64,000 bases of DNA. It comes from Raja brachyura. Taxonomy: Eukaryota. The translations under genes were made by a program, and so were the position numbers. The notes beneath the pieces are model-generated. The model had not been told where the DNA came from, did not search any database, and worked only from the letters and a program-made list of their open reading frames with translations. This document shows positions 62,446 to 64,000 of this stretch, piece by piece; the first letter of the stretch is position 1; every line of letters begins with the position of its first letter. Location: assembly GCA_963514005.1 (NCBI GenBank), contig OY740788.1, forward strand, positions 88,598,001 to 88,662,000, written 5' to 3'.

Positions 62446-62790
62446 TTGCAAACCCTCCGATCCTGATCCAATTCCCGAGGCTGGAGCGTGTCACTGAGGG
62501 TCACACGGCACGGTTATGCTGCTCCATGGAGAACGCTGAAGTGGGAAACACTGACGTCCACTGGTACCGAGAACTACCCGGGCAGGACATGGAGTGGGTT
62601 TTAACACACGAGGCAGGAGGCAGCGTACGAAGGAGACCAGGCTTCACTGAGCGGTTCCAGCCGTTCAAAGACGTCTCCAACAGCAGCTTCATCCTGAATG
62701 TCACAAACGTGATGCTGAATGACTCTGCCGTCTATTACTGCACAGTGTGGGGAGATATCAGAGGGAATGGGACCCAGCTCAACGTAACCA
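62446..62790 (+). CDS. Exon 3: second V-set Ig domain with germline-fused J/G strand (VJ domain 2)
   Basis: Acceptor TTTTCCCTTTCAAG|TT, donor A|GTGAGT, 345 nt, phase 1-1. Translates (I)ANPPILIQFPRLERVTEGHTARLCCSMEN...VHWYRELPGQDMEWVL...ERFQPFKDVSNSSFILNVTNVMLNDSAVYYCTVWGDIRGNGTQLNVT. Confidence 0.93.
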
Positions 62791-64000
62791 GTGAGTACAA
62801 ATTATAGTTGGTTTTATTCACCTATGTGTAACTATATTGGGTGTAATTCACTTCCCTTGAATTGGCACATGTACCGGGAGTACTGAAAGAATAAGGAGAT
62901 CGTACTGGAGCTTTGATTCTGGAGACCAAAACATTGTGGCCCCTCACTAATGGTGAGAGCACTGATATGGTAACTGATGTCAGATCTGGGTTGTGGGAAA
63001 CAAACGTCAATGTGCAGTGTGTTCTTCATTGTAGAGAAACCTAGAAACATTGTTGAGTGTAATAGCAGGGCACCGCTCACAGCTGTTTGAGTTAAGGTAC
63101 CAGAGAGCAGGACGACAACTTGTCATGGATTGAGATGAAATAATGTTGCATCCTTATATCAATGGTTCATTGGTTCAATAGTTCTTTATTTGTCACGTGC
63201 AACTGTGCATATATTGCACATGCTGGCACCGCCATGTTTTGGCGCCTTCACTCAAAGTGCAACGTTCGGTCAGCCCACAGCTCGATGTACTGGAGTAGTT
63301 CCCACAAACCAACGTCCCTCTCCTCTCCTCTCCTCTCCTCGCCCGGCCATCTTTCTGCCCGGGGGTGCATCCAGCAGCCTAACTGGAGGCTCTGGAGACA
63401 TTTCCCTGGTTCTAGCTCACACCGGCCCTTGCTCCTTGTGTCTGACGTCTCCAGCTCTCTCCCGGTCATGCCAACAGATGAGCCTTTTGACAGGCTCCCA
63501 GTCCCGCCGACCGGCGAACCTTCAGGCTTGTTTTCAACCAGGAATCACTGATACTTGTACCAGTCACAGAGAAGAGGCAACAACAACACTGTCACTGGAG
63601 CCAAGGCCAGGGATCTGGGACTGGCTGAGAAGAAACAGGTTACACGTTGATCACCTGTGTTCATGCCCTCCCTCAGGCTGACAGATCATTGTTGTCTGGA
63701 TCTGAGTCTTTGCTCATCTGCATTGTGTTGATGCGGGCCCCTAATCCACATTAAATAGTGGGAAGCACAGTTGAAATTCCCCCTCAATATCATTTCCATG
63801 TTCCAGTGAAGTAGATAACTCATTGCACCATCGGCAGTAAAGGAAAGATAAGAATCCGACACAAAGGCAGAAGAATAGGGTTGGTGTAATTACAGAGTCA
63901 ACGTGGATGTATGAAATGGACATCATGGGTGAGTAATCTTTTAAAGCTCACGTTGTTAGATGTTTGTGACGAGCAAAGTAGGGTTGTGTTTGTCAATGAG

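Noticed and set aside
49703-62790. Conventional rearranging Ig/TCR V segments or a NAR-TCR locus
   Set aside because: J motifs are already fused in both exons; I found no complete RSS and no separate D or J segments.
63806-63934. Possible next exon (TTCCAG acceptor, GTGAGT donor)
   Set aside because: Early stops in all three frames and no Ig, TM or signalling motif.

Overview
Eukaryotic DNA, very likely a cartilaginous fish. This is inferred from the repeat complement: elasmobranch-type CR1 LINEs, HE1-like V-SINEs and Penelope-type termini. Most of the window is nested transposon debris: a Gypsy LTR element, many CR1 and Rex/Babar LINE pieces, two DIRS retroelements, two Tc1 copies, a hAT-type MITE, a second TIR element, a non-autonomous Helitron and a near full-length Tx1-type LINE. 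There is also a ~4.8 kb G-rich purine array with an assembly gap. Hidden among these is the 5' part of one host gene on the + strand. It has a 49-nt signal-peptide exon (15204-15252) and two phase-1/phase-1 exons (49703-50065, 62446-62790). Each of these two exons encodes a complete antigen-receptor-like V domain with the J/G-strand motif already fused in the germline (CxxWGxx[F/R]GNGTQLNVT) and no complete RSS. The predicted product is a non-rearranging Leader-VJ-VJ-... immunoglobulin-superfamily protein with a PU.1/ETS-rich promoter; its 3' exons lie beyond the window. Several Penelope-type repeats also carry a minimal hammerhead-ribozyme-like motif. Almost all ORFs in the supplied track are TE fragments or low-complexity artefacts. 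Boundaries of old TE fragments are approximate.
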